DNA of 64,000 nt, from the IMG/VR virus record IMGVR_UViG_3300008114_000019, positions 4,068 to 68,067 of that record, one strand, 5' to 3'. Position numbers and translations under genes: made by a program. Numbering within the stretch: the stretch's first letter is position 1; each line of letters starts with the position of its first letter. The notes below the pieces were generated by a model, which saw only the letters and a list, made by a program, of their open reading frames with translations, did not search any database and had not been told where the DNA came from. Positions 41,501 to 49,885 of this stretch are shown one piece after another. The stretch comes from a virus.

Positions 41501-42179
41501 ATCCGTATGACTTTGCCACAATTCCTTGAGAGGCTTCTATAGATATGTCAGATGGAATATTTATAACGCTTGAACCCATAGAATAGTTTTGAAATTCTTC
41601 TGACCACTGACCTATCGATAAACCATTTAAAAAGAATTCATAATCTTCGCTTCCATTAGCACTAGCAGAATATCCTATTTTTATTATTGCTTGAATTGTT
41701 GTATTTTGATCAATAACTTTAAATGTTTCTGATAATAAAAACCATTTATTGTTTACAGATATTGGAACATTTTTTAAAACTTCAACTGGATTACCTGTGT
41801 TAACATCAGTATACTTATAACCTATTGCTACGGAGTTAAGATGTAAACTAGTTGAATAAAAATAACAGGATATGGCAAAAGTATCTAGTTCTGAGTTAAA
41901 ATCTTGAAAATTAAATAAAGGATCACTAGTTAAAACTGCAACTTTGTTTATAGTAGTAGACGGTATGCCAGTTACTTTATATAAAGACTCTGTAAGAAAA
42001 GGCTGAGTAGATATGCTAGTTTCTTCTGAAATGGTGCAATCAGTAACTGTCCAAGAACTTATATCTTTTTGCTCTACATCTAAGAGCATTACGTAGTCAG
42101 ATTTATCGTCTAATGCCCAGAGTGATATTGGATGCTCTGAAAAAATTTTTTCTGCATAAAGATTGGATGGGTTAGACAT
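38571..42179 (-). CDS. Large virion-associated protein with LamG/ConA-like domains
   Basis: EHPISLWALDD N-terminus; YTVEMWIR...LFLNGEKV LamG-like pattern; 1202 aa. Confidence 0.55.
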   Translation of the reverse strand: MSNPSNLYAEKIFSEHPISLWALDDKSDYVMLLDVEQKDISSWTVTDCTISEETSISTQPFLTESLYKVTGIPSTTINKVAVLTSDPLFNFQDFNSELDTFAISCYFYSTSLHLNSVAIGYKYTDVNTGNPVEVLKNVPISVNNKWFLLSETFKVIDQNTTIQAIIKIGYSASANGSEDYEFFLNGLSIGQWSEEFQNYSMGSSVINIPSDISIEASQGIVAKSYGSDTNYGYYLVNNNKIYAQNFGVPLVYGASNVTKLFPNINEDQTAKPSIIFPGFGFLNDSGRYNNYTVEMWIRVGVDTLESKRIFGPINSNDGLYVDDCFITLVIDNNFKSVYVGEWFRPMLIQIVYLENKVLLFLNGEKVADLNVDNSILNLLSKLDENNKDQDWLGFYSYENIYPFELDCFAIYPYVIPEIVSKKRWVYGQAVQGLEAVDSSYSGKSAHIDYSFSDYGTNYHYPNIGKWQQGKIDNLNYNNSYLSNPDYELPNMSISNNVDIDSWYNELLGEQDENNLWVSFLNNSGSYTFNNFNILNEEISSLHGIFKTTTLLDSTILLIKNKNNSDFFSISTTDDGDLIYKINVLGTETILHEATYEIDAYIEIGIYLEKLISTFGKDVATFFGNKDSLKLILLNNEDGSSCFNQKMYRFGLSTKNNHKLFDSQFQESGIIKDDSNINVHIEHDLASYTLHPTVKYNKYYLDIGISGYWEDYVPLKYFAKYITNSSNKKEYSLDYIQYNINFPSPSIFKIVEDEGGWTYGQLNEKFATPIQQSYEVLDNSLFSGYNNYEDLQYNRSDLSYEYDSVNSLVQSYVSFQFTKTGINKSFESFTTIAPALKSGILNLDNYPDWQNTIFLVENDTIIYPPSSVSFESLSMSTHLRFRVRSTFNRKIKIKSLELSSRSLEQNASTPISTKSGTKLYPYIKNGIYNDYKGKNPISIYKHSNPYLHLTRYSGIKLKGDFNYYQNRGISMPINENKDSTFSVSTIQIAIKSDNNKFTYTPVQIFQINTVESTINFYIVSNGDSGQRGRIYAIDSKTGQLQNGISYYLNGVLVANPVIDSTNWYFLSVSFATPLKFNSFTGSINLNGPLTYNHISYYKLTGLQQRQSSITRIWDEVKQQYIIGAETPFSFDWEFWNEGYLWFGVLIKTSSSDFGDIPSNIYKTYMGTNKIIIGNDGEKQLLTKSSENPIYIGSSWQQYVLNPT

Positions 42180-42200
42180 AGATTCTCCTAGTCTATTTTA

Positions 42201-42731
42201 TCACACAATGCGTGTAAACCAACGAGGTAATGTAAACCTTGTTCCTTTAACTATTGGTCTAACACCATGAACAAAATTTGCATTGTCTGGAAAACATAGC
42301 AAATCTCCAGGTTCTGGTTTAAAAGACATTTCATATTTTGGAAAGTATATGTCTCCACCTTGATACTCATTATTTAAATAAACCAGAGTTGCTATATCTT
42401 GTGGCCTAGAAGCATCAAAATGCTCATGCATTCCTCTGCCCTCAACAAATTTTGCAATATGTGTTTTTTCATTAATAAAGTTTTCAAACTTAGAGTTATA
42501 GTTATTTAAAACAAAATCATAAACCCTAAATGCAACATTTTGAATTACATCAAGAATAGCAGGATCCAACTCTTTTATTTCGTGATATGTATGAACTGTA
42601 AACTCTTGTTCATGATTGCCATAATTAGAGAATAGTTCTTGATGATTTTTAGCATAATCTGTTACTAACTTTGCCTCTTCAGGGTTCATAAAACCTTTAA
42701 CATACTTAATCTGAGATTTAAAATCTTCCAT
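42201..42731 (-). CDS. Prolyl-4-hydroxylase-like 2OG-Fe(II) oxygenase
   Basis: MHEHFD, LVYLNNEYQGGDIYF, KPEPGDLLCFP, HGVRPIVKGTRF. Confidence 0.85.
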   Translation of the reverse strand: MEDFKSQIKYVKGFMNPEEAKLVTDYAKNHQELFSNYGNHEQEFTVHTYHEIKELDPAILDVIQNVAFRVYDFVLNNYNSKFENFINEKTHIAKFVEGRGMHEHFDASRPQDIATLVYLNNEYQGGDIYFPKYEMSFKPEPGDLLCFPDNANFVHGVRPIVKGTRFTLPRWFTRIV

Positions 42732-42733
42732 AT

Positions 42734-44764
42734 TTAGCCTATCTTTATTTCACAAACATCTGTAGTGCAGTATGCCTCACCTTGTGCTTCTAGATTTTCT
42801 ACTCCGTCGTAGATAGCATCCCAGTTAATTTTAGCAATCTTTCCTACATAACTATTATACTCTTCTTCAGTAATTTCAGTATATGGTTGTTGAGGGTATA
42901 CAGTGTTTCCCATAGGTAAAAATGATACCGCTTTCAGTTGTCCCTCGTACATGTGTAAGGCTGGAGCAACATATTTAGACTCTGTTTCTTTGTCAAAAGA
43001 CAAGGTTACAGATACACCATTATCTGACCAATATTTTTGAGCAGTTGCTGCAAGAGCAATTTTTTCAAAAAGACTAACATCTTTTTCTGCTCTTTCGTGT
43101 TCTGAAGCAATTGGAAAATAAACAACCTTTGTATTTGCAGAAACAACATCATCTTCTATTTTATATCCAGCAGCCTTAAATAGATGAACCATAGGATCAG
43201 ATTCACCAAATCTAATTGCTCTCATAAAAAATTTACCACCTGGACCCCAATGAACTCCTGGAGTTGCTCCAGAAAGAATACTTACGCTACCTGATGGTTT
43301 AACTGTTGTAACCCTTATTGATTCACGAACACATAACCATTCTGAATATTGGTGATCATATTTTCTAATATTTGAATATCCTTCATCCATCCACTCACGA
43401 ACTGTTGGCAAACCATGTTTATCTGAGAATGATGCAATACCAGTAAGAGAGGTTCCAATTCTTCTGTTACGTTGCATAATTCCATTTGTTTGTTGCCAAT
43501 GTGTTGGAACTAGTGTTACAGTTTTGCCATAAAGATATGCAAACTTTAGTGTTCTTAAAAAGTCTTCTTTATCTTCATGTCTATTTAAATGAACTTCAAC
43601 CAAAGTACATAGTTCATATGATTCTAATGGTTGTTCAGCACATGGATTAAAGCCCATTACTCTATAGTCTTTTCCATCTGCAGGATCTTTTAATCTACCA
43701 TAATTTCTTGCTACATCTAACCATATAAAACCTGGTTCTCCATTATTAACTATTAGGTCTACATAATCTTCATATTTAGTTCCTACTGTTGCTGATATGG
43801 AGTTATTAGACATCCATGCCCAACCTGGATTTTCTGAATCAAAAGAATTTCTTTCTGGAAAAACCTCTGGATTTTTTAAATTAATAAAATCTTTATCTCC
43901 AGCAGATCCTAATGCAAGTGTTGCTGATCTACGAACGTTTCCTGCAACCACACATGTTCCAATTAAGTTTACAATATCTACAATTGCTCTAGAGTCTAGT
44001 TTTTCCCCTATCCTATTACCAATAACTTTATTGATTTGATCATGTAATTTAATTAATGGTTCTGGTCCTGATGCTACCCCGCCAAATCCTTTAATAGGTG
44101 CACCAAATGGTCTTATCAAATCATAATTAAATTTTTGTTTTGCCTGACTTTGTCTCAAATATGAGTTTAGTAATAATCTAACAGATTCTACCCAACCTTC
44201 TCTAGTATCTGGAATTTCATAAGTTGATTCAACTTCTGATGGTGCATATATAGAAAATTCTTTATCTTGTCCAACGGTATCAAAGCCAACTCCAATACCC
44301 AACATGAGAGCATCCATAACCCATGCAAACAGTGCTCCTGGGTCATTTCTATCTAGGTCCTTAGTAGATACCATGGCACAGTTTTGAAGGGCTGCAGAGT
44401 TCCTTTTTTCCATTGTCATAGGGGTTCCAAAGGCCCACATACCACGACCTGGTGGTGTCCATTTAAGGTTAAACATACGATCAAATGCTTCTTGAGCAGA
44501 CTTTTGTGCCTTATAGTCATTCCATGGTAATCTATTTTCTTTTGCATGATTTTTTTGTACTGAGTACATGCCCTCGATTACACGCTTACAAACCTCATAC
44601 CATCTTTCTTTAGTTCCATCTTCCTTGACACGAGAATAAGTTCTTATAAAAGTAATCTCTCCTAAAGAGTTATTTCCAGCATCACTAAAACCAAATGGAC
44701 TGTCTATAACTGTATATTTTGCTATAAAGTCCTCTGGAAGTTTAAAACTAAAAAAGTCTGACAT
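42734..44764 (-). CDS. nrdJ: Class II (adenosylcobalamin-dependent) ribonucleotide reductase
   Basis: FIRTYSR, PPGRGMW, QNC, VAGNVRRSA, NPCAEQPL, TTVKPSGSVS, C-terminal CTTDVC. Confidence 0.92.
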   Translation of the reverse strand: MSDFFSFKLPEDFIAKYTVIDSPFGFSDAGNNSLGEITFIRTYSRVKEDGTKERWYEVCKRVIEGMYSVQKNHAKENRLPWNDYKAQKSAQEAFDRMFNLKWTPPGRGMWAFGTPMTMEKRNSAALQNCAMVSTKDLDRNDPGALFAWVMDALMLGIGVGFDTVGQDKEFSIYAPSEVESTYEIPDTREGWVESVRLLLNSYLRQSQAKQKFNYDLIRPFGAPIKGFGGVASGPEPLIKLHDQINKVIGNRIGEKLDSRAIVDIVNLIGTCVVAGNVRRSATLALGSAGDKDFINLKNPEVFPERNSFDSENPGWAWMSNNSISATVGTKYEDYVDLIVNNGEPGFIWLDVARNYGRLKDPADGKDYRVMGFNPCAEQPLESYELCTLVEVHLNRHEDKEDFLRTLKFAYLYGKTVTLVPTHWQQTNGIMQRNRRIGTSLTGIASFSDKHGLPTVREWMDEGYSNIRKYDHQYSEWLCVRESIRVTTVKPSGSVSILSGATPGVHWGPGGKFFMRAIRFGESDPMVHLFKAAGYKIEDDVVSANTKVVYFPIASEHERAEKDVSLFEKIALAATAQKYWSDNGVSVTLSFDKETESKYVAPALHMYEGQLKAVSFLPMGNTVYPQQPYTEITEEEYNSYVGKIAKINWDAIYDGVENLEAQGEAYCTTDVCEIKIG

Positions 44765-44853
44765 TGTTTTCTCCTATTAAATAAAATTGAATAAGTACTA
44801 AGTATAGCAGAGTTTTTTAAAATTAAAAACTCTCATTATATTTTATTTGTGCG

Positions 44854-44997
44854 TTAGTGAAATGACATTGCTGTATGTTGTTTTGGACTACAACGTTCAC
44901 ATAATGTATATGTGTTTTTAGTATATGGACATGTTGTACTTTTTATTTTATGACCAACAATAAAACAAACTATTTTATTTAAGGTAGAGGAACCCAA
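44854..44997 (-). CDS. Small Cys/His protein (DUF1660-like), not in ORF track
   Basis: Manual translation from a TTG start: MGSSTLNKIVCFIVGHKIKSTTCPYTKNTYTLCERCSPKQHTAMSFH; C-x3-GH...CxxC pattern. Confidence 0.5.
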   Translation of the reverse strand: MGSSTLNKIVCFIVGHKIKSTTCPYTKNTYTLCERCSPKQHTAMSFH

Positions 44998-45608
44998 TGT
45001 TGTAATTCACTTCCACTCATATACATAACTGGAGAGATATCATAAGCAATAGTAATTCTTGGTTTATCAAATGGCCAAGGTCCTATTCCATGAGGATGAC
45101 CAGTTTCTGATAATATTGCTCTATTATTTTTATTAATGTTTTGAGTTGAATCATTATCATGACCACCAATTTTGTAATAAGTAAATGATGGTTCAGCATC
45201 TACACAATAATAGCCATGAAAATTTGGTGCACCAGTTCCACCCAAATGATCATGATAATGAGTTGATTCATTTATTGGTGGTTCTGCAATTCCATCGGTG
45301 TTAAACCAACCTTGAACCATGTATGATTGTTTTTTATAGTCAATATTATAATACTCACAAGCCTCTACTGTTAATTCTCTAAGTGCAGAAAATAACTTAT
45401 GAATTTGTGGATTATAACATTGAAAAATATTAAATTTTGTTCCTAAATTATGAACACCACCAATATTGGCAGCAAACTCTTTAGAAACTTTTGGATAAAT
45501 ACCATCAAATAAATCTTTTTCAAGTTTTAACAAATATCTTGAAAGTTGTGTTAAATCATTATCAAGATGTCTTTCAAAAAATTTATGTGCTGGTTTTATA
45601 GTTATCAT
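44979..45608 (-). CDS. Putative 2OG-Fe(II)/cupin oxygenase (TIGR02466-like), pair C copy 2
   Basis: QGWFN...HDH...GYYCV.AEPS...GHPH...PRITIAYDI. Confidence 0.65.
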   Translation of the reverse strand: MITIKPAHKFFERHLDNDLTQLSRYLLKLEKDLFDGIYPKVSKEFAANIGGVHNLGTKFNIFQCYNPQIHKLFSALRELTVEACEYYNIDYKKQSYMVQGWFNTDGIAEPPINESTHYHDHLGGTGAPNFHGYYCVDAEPSFTYYKIGGHDNDSTQNINKNNRAILSETGHPHGIGPWPFDKPRITIAYDISPVMYMSGSELQHWVPLP

Positions 45609-46270
45609 ATCAACGGTATCCAGTGTTGTTCATGATCTTTGCCAACTTCTTTTAATTCACCCAAAGTTACAATATCATAAGCAACTGTAATTCTTGGTCC
45701 ATCCCAATCCCAATCACCTTGTGCATGAGGATGTCCCATTTCTGAAAATATAGCACGGTTATCAATATTTTTATTTTCAACATCTTTACCAAAAACTCTG
45801 TAATAAGTTGATGATGGTTCTGCTTTTACGCAATAGTATCCATGAAAATTATTTGGAGCACCAGTATGTCCATGATCGTGCCAATCTAATTTTCCTTTTT
45901 TCTTATGATTAATATTGAACCATCCCTGTAACATAAATCTTTGTTTTTCAAAATCTATTTCATAATATTCGCATGCTTCTTTGGCCATGTCTTGAATACT
46001 TTTATATAATTCATATATTCCATCAATATGAAATTGAAATACGTTATATTCTCTCCACTTAACTGTAGAAACACTGCCAGATTCTTTCCAAAAGTCTTCT
46101 TTTGTAACTGGCGTAATACCATCTAGTTCTACTCTTTCAATGCTTTGATATCTATCAGTTAACTCACTTGCTAATAAATCTAAATCATTATTTAAATGTC
46201 TTTCAAAAAATTTATGTGGCTTAATTGATTGTTGAATACCACGTAATTCTGGTGGTGGACCTTGTCTCAT
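45605..46270 (-). CDS. Putative 2OG-Fe(II)/cupin oxygenase (TIGR02466-like), pair C copy 1
   Basis: Close paralog of 44979..45608 (HKFFERHL.NDL, WHDH, GHPH, PRITVAYDI, QHWIPL). Confidence 0.65.
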   Translation of the reverse strand: MRQGPPPELRGIQQSIKPHKFFERHLNNDLDLLASELTDRYQSIERVELDGITPVTKEDFWKESGSVSTVKWREYNVFQFHIDGIYELYKSIQDMAKEACEYYEIDFEKQRFMLQGWFNINHKKKGKLDWHDHGHTGAPNNFHGYYCVKAEPSSTYYRVFGKDVENKNIDNRAIFSEMGHPHAQGDWDWDGPRITVAYDIVTLGELKEVGKDHEQHWIPLI

Positions 46271-46319
46271 TTTTTTCCTATCTACTTACAACTATTGTAG
46301 CATATAGGATATTTTATTG

Positions 46320-47573
46320 TTAATCTGGTATTTCTGAAGGGGAGTAGTCGTTATAATGAACTAGTCCACCTGCTATAACTAAACCGATTGGATATCTTCC
46401 AAAACTATAAACAGTTCTAGTTTCATTAACAATTTCAACACTTTCAATAACAACTAGTGAATCTCTTGTTATTATTTTATCTCCAGGCTGTATATCTCTT
46501 GAAGATATAAATTGATAAAGTCCATTTTTAATTACAAACATGTCTTCTAATAAAGAAAATCTCATATCTGGATTGTTGTTAAACATAACAGTCTCATGTA
46601 CTGTTGTTGGTGTAATCTTAGTTACTTCTGCTTCTAATTCTCTGTAATTTGTTAAATTACCTTTCTTTTTCCATAGAACAATTTTAAATAGATCTCCAAC
46701 AGGCATTTCTTCAAATGCTTTTACTATTAACTTGTCTCCAAGTTGAATATCTTTTGCTTTTTTATTTCCAGTTGTTGTAAGAACTGGAGCATCTTCGTCT
46801 ACACAATATGTAGTTGGTGAAAAACCAAATACTCTAAATGGAGAGAATCCAAATACTCTGAAAGGTGAGAAACCAAACACGTTGAATGGTGAAAAACCGA
46901 ATACGTTAAATGGTGAGAAGCCAAATACTGTAAAAGGTGAAAAACCAAATACACCAAAAGGTACAAAAGAAAATGTTGTTGTTACTTGTGCTGAATAATC
47001 TGAAAATTCTGAATCTCCGTTAGCGTTAGTTGCTTCAACTCTGTATTGTTGTGCTGTTCCTGCTTCTTGTGCTACTGTTGCACTTGTTGTTGTTCCTGTG
47101 TTTCCTGATTTACCGTCGTTTGATTCCCAATAATAGTTTGTAATTACTTTTCCACCGTTTGCTGGTGCAGTCCATGAAATTTGATCTTGATCAGCATTTG
47201 GTGATGATGCACTTGGTGCTGCTGGTTTTGCTGGAACAGTTGTTGCTGTAATTGAGTTTGATGCTGCTGATGCATCAGATGTTCCATAAGCATTTGTAGC
47301 AGTAACTGTAAAAGTATAAGATGTGTCAGATTGTAAACCTGTCACTGTGATAGGAGATGATGATCCAGATGCTGTATAACTACCTGGAGTTGAAGTAACT
47401 GTAAAAGAATCTGCAGCATATGTAGGATCTGCTGTAAACGTTACTGTTGCTGCACCATTATTAAATGGTCTGGCTGTTCCAACATCTGTTGCTGTGCCAA
47501 TAGTTGGTGCTTTTGGCATAAGAAAGTCGTTAGCACCTTGTGATCTCTTACCACTTTTTTTATTTACAGCCAT
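46320..47573 (-). CDS. Two FN3 domains + VFGFSPFx repeats + C-terminal Hint-like domain
   Basis: FN3 patterns ITVTGLQSDTSYTFTVTATNAYG and ISWTAP...YRVEATNANG. Repeat block at aa 201-255. Hint-like domain starts at C257 (CVDEDAPVLT...AKDIQLGD...VYSF...LVHYN). Confidence 0.8.
   Translation of the reverse strand: MAVNKKSGKRSQGANDFLMPKAPTIGTATDVGTARPFNNGAATVTFTADPTYAADSFTVTSTPGSYTASGSSSPITVTGLQSDTSYTFTVTATNAYGTSDASAASNSITATTVPAKPAAPSASSPNADQDQISWTAPANGGKVITNYYWESNDGKSGNTGTTTSATVAQEAGTAQQYRVEATNANGDSEFSDYSAQVTTTFSFVPFGVFGFSPFTVFGFSPFNVFGFSPFNVFGFSPFRVFGFSPFRVFGFSPTTYCVDEDAPVLTTTGNKKAKDIQLGDKLIVKAFEEMPVGDLFKIVLWKKKGNLTNYRELEAEVTKITPTTVHETVMFNNNPDMRFSLLEDMFVIKNGLYQFISSRDIQPGDKIITRDSLVVIESVEIVNETRTVYSFGRYPIGLVIAGGLVHYNDYSPSEIPD
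46809..46973 (-). repeat. 24-bp coding tandem repeat (VFGFSPFx x6)
   Basis: Read from the DNA: FSFVPFG VFGFSPFT VFGFSPFN VFGFSPFN VFGFSPFR VFGFSPFR VFGFSPTT. Synonymous codons differ between units. Confidence 0.9.
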
Positions 47574-47607
47574 TATATCTCCTTGTTCTCTTTATTATAC
47601 CAAGTCT

Positions 47608-49338
47608 TTATGCAGTTAAATCGCCGTATACGACCCAAGTATCTGCTGCTCTTTTAAACAGGGTAGCAGATGACCATTGAGTACGTAATTTAAGTCCAGG
47701 TGTGGCATTAATTGTTGAAGAACTGTCTGGTGCTATTGTTACTTGACCTGACCCAGTTTGTAAAATATCAATTGATGTTCCAATTGGAAAATCTACAACA
47801 TTGTCTCCTGGTATGGTTAATGTCATTGGATTATTAGCATTCATTTCAATCAAACTATCTCTTTCTGATAACGCAGATAGTGTATAATTTGATGTTTTTT
47901 GAATGATAGGTGTACGTGAAGGAACTGCTTCTTTTGTTTGTGTACCGTCTGTAAATACGATACCATTTGCAGATGCAGTAATTGCTCCTGTAGCACTTAT
48001 TGAATTTGCTTCAAGTGCTAATACTGCTAAGGTGTCTAATGATCCTTCACTAAAGTTAACTGTAGTTGCTGGTTCTGTTGTAACTCCGTCAAATAATTTC
48101 CATTTGCCGTCTGTAACATCTTTTACGATACCAGAATGTTTTTGTGTTCCATCATTGTAAGAAACAACAACACCCATATCTGACACATTATTAGCATTTG
48201 TATGTCCAAGTTGTAACAATGTATCTTCAATTTGAATTTGTGTTGCAGATACTAACACATTACTTCCATTAACTACAAAATCTCCGTCAACTGTTAGATT
48301 TTGATCTATTGTTACGTTTCCAGTAAAATCTGCTCCAGATAGTGAGGCTAGATTTCCAAGAGTTATGGCAAGATCTGTAATTTTATTTTGATCAATTGTT
48401 CCTGATATAGAATTATTTGTAACAGAGTTATCAAGTGGATTTCTTGCATCAGAAAGACGTGCATCATCTGTAAATACTATAGCCAGGGTATTTGTAATAC
48501 CGTGAACATTAGAGGTATCAGATTCGTGATTGCTTAAATCTGTAAGTGTAACTAATGTTGCTGTATTTGATATACCATGAACATTTAATGTTTCTAGGTT
48601 ATGATTTGAAATTGCATTATCTGCATAGTCTTCTAAATCTATAATTGCATTTGCAATAGATTGTGAAAGAGACTCTTCTACTCCATCAGTATATGATTGT
48701 GCATTTCCTAAAGCAACGGCAGCAACATTATCGGCATATGCTTCTGCTGTTGTTATAGCATTTGAAATTTCACCTTGTAGTCCTGAAACAGCACAAGCAA
48801 TATCATTTGCAACAAGATTTGCTAATAAGTCTATTTCATCTGCGACATTGTTTGCTAAAGTATTTATATTGTTATCTGTGTATTCATTAGCGGCATCTAA
48901 ACTACTATTAATGCTATTTGCTAAGTTTAGATAAAAATCTCCATCATTATTAATGGCATTTGCCAATTCTGCAAGGGTATCTAGTATAAGTGGTGCATTA
49001 TTTGTTAAATCTGCTATAGCATTAGATACTGCATTTTCTACATCTACAATTCTAGCAATTGTATTAGATATTTGACCATCTGGTATTACGGTATTAGCAT
49101 TTAATGTGGCAACACCATTTGCTACACCTTTTTCAGTTAATAAAATGTAATCGTCTAGGTTTCCGCCTAAATCTTCTATATTTTTAAAGTAGGGAAGGTC
49201 ATCCCAGTGTGTGGTTTGATCACCAATTTTAAATTGACCTGTATCTGTTTCAAAACCAATTTCTCCAGAGCCTAAAATAGGATTAGCATTGGACCATTGT
49301 TCAGCAGTTCCTCTGCGTTGTAACATCCTTGTTGCCAT
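47608..49338 (-). CDS. Fibre protein with Mtd-N-like N-terminus and C-terminal adaptor-like domain
   Basis: QRRGTAEQW...PILGSGEIGFETDTGQFKIGD; coiled-coil shaft; C-terminal YTL...TIP...FPIGT.I...W..YGDL. Confidence 0.75.
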   Translation of the reverse strand: MATRMLQRRGTAEQWSNANPILGSGEIGFETDTGQFKIGDQTTHWDDLPYFKNIEDLGGNLDDYILLTEKGVANGVATLNANTVIPDGQISNTIARIVDVENAVSNAIADLTNNAPLILDTLAELANAINNDGDFYLNLANSINSSLDAANEYTDNNINTLANNVADEIDLLANLVANDIACAVSGLQGEISNAITTAEAYADNVAAVALGNAQSYTDGVEESLSQSIANAIIDLEDYADNAISNHNLETLNVHGISNTATLVTLTDLSNHESDTSNVHGITNTLAIVFTDDARLSDARNPLDNSVTNNSISGTIDQNKITDLAITLGNLASLSGADFTGNVTIDQNLTVDGDFVVNGSNVLVSATQIQIEDTLLQLGHTNANNVSDMGVVVSYNDGTQKHSGIVKDVTDGKWKLFDGVTTEPATTVNFSEGSLDTLAVLALEANSISATGAITASANGIVFTDGTQTKEAVPSRTPIIQKTSNYTLSALSERDSLIEMNANNPMTLTIPGDNVVDFPIGTSIDILQTGSGQVTIAPDSSSTINATPGLKLRTQWSSATLFKRAADTWVVYGDLTA

Positions 49339-49407
49339 GTTTTGTCTCCTTGTGTAGGTCTCACCTACTTTTATTTTTTAATTTAATTATAACAGTTTTT
49401 TAACGCT

Positions 49408-49863
49408 CTAATTAAATTCACTTTCTGGATTTCCACCATCAAATGTTGCAGCCCATGTTGTTGAAAATGGGGTTCCTCCATTTAATGTAGAAATTTGTGG
49501 ATCGTCATATTGTGCAGCATCCCAAAAGATTGTTACAATTCTTCCGTCTCCATCAATTGCTGTATCATGAATGTGATCTGGAATATTTTGCACATCGTTG
49601 CTTGTTGCAATTGTAAACCAATCAGTTTCATAATAAACTTTTAATCTTTCTACCGTGGTATCAAACCACATATCCCCATTTTCTGGAGATAGAGGGGCAG
49701 TATTTCCAACTGGTGTACCACCAGCAAGAGAATCTACATAGTCCTTAGTAGCAGCATGATTACCTAATGTAGGTTCCCCTACTGCTACTGCGTTTCCAAA
49801 TGAACCGCCGTTAGTTACGACTAGTCCATTCTTGACTTTAAAATCTTTTAGATTTGTAGTCAT
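49408..49863 (-). CDS. Small fibre-associated protein
   Basis: KDFKVKNGL, HAATKDYVD, AP.SPENGDMWFDT fibre motifs. Confidence 0.6.
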   Translation of the reverse strand: MTTNLKDFKVKNGLVVTNGGSFGNAVAVGEPTLGNHAATKDYVDSLAGGTPVGNTAPLSPENGDMWFDTTVERLKVYYETDWFTIATSNDVQNIPDHIHDTAIDGDGRIVTIFWDAAQYDDPQISTLNGGTPFSTTWAATFDGGNPESEFN

Positions 49864-49885
49864 TTACTGCCCCCTAAATTTTTTA

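Noticed and set aside
46320-46805. Hint domains as mobile inteins
   Set aside because: They are C-terminal, lack a homing endonuclease, lack a Cys/Ser/Thr at +1 and have essentially no C-extein.
46809-46973. 24-bp repeats as a CRISPR array or DGR template/variable repeat pair with 56507..56647
   Set aside because: There are no spacers. Differences are mostly synonymous third positions rather than adenine-specific, and no reverse transcriptase is present in the window.
47608-49338. Mtd-like protein implying a diversity-generating retroelement
   Set aside because: Only the N-terminal anchor motif matches; no RT, template repeat or C-type-lectin variable region was seen.
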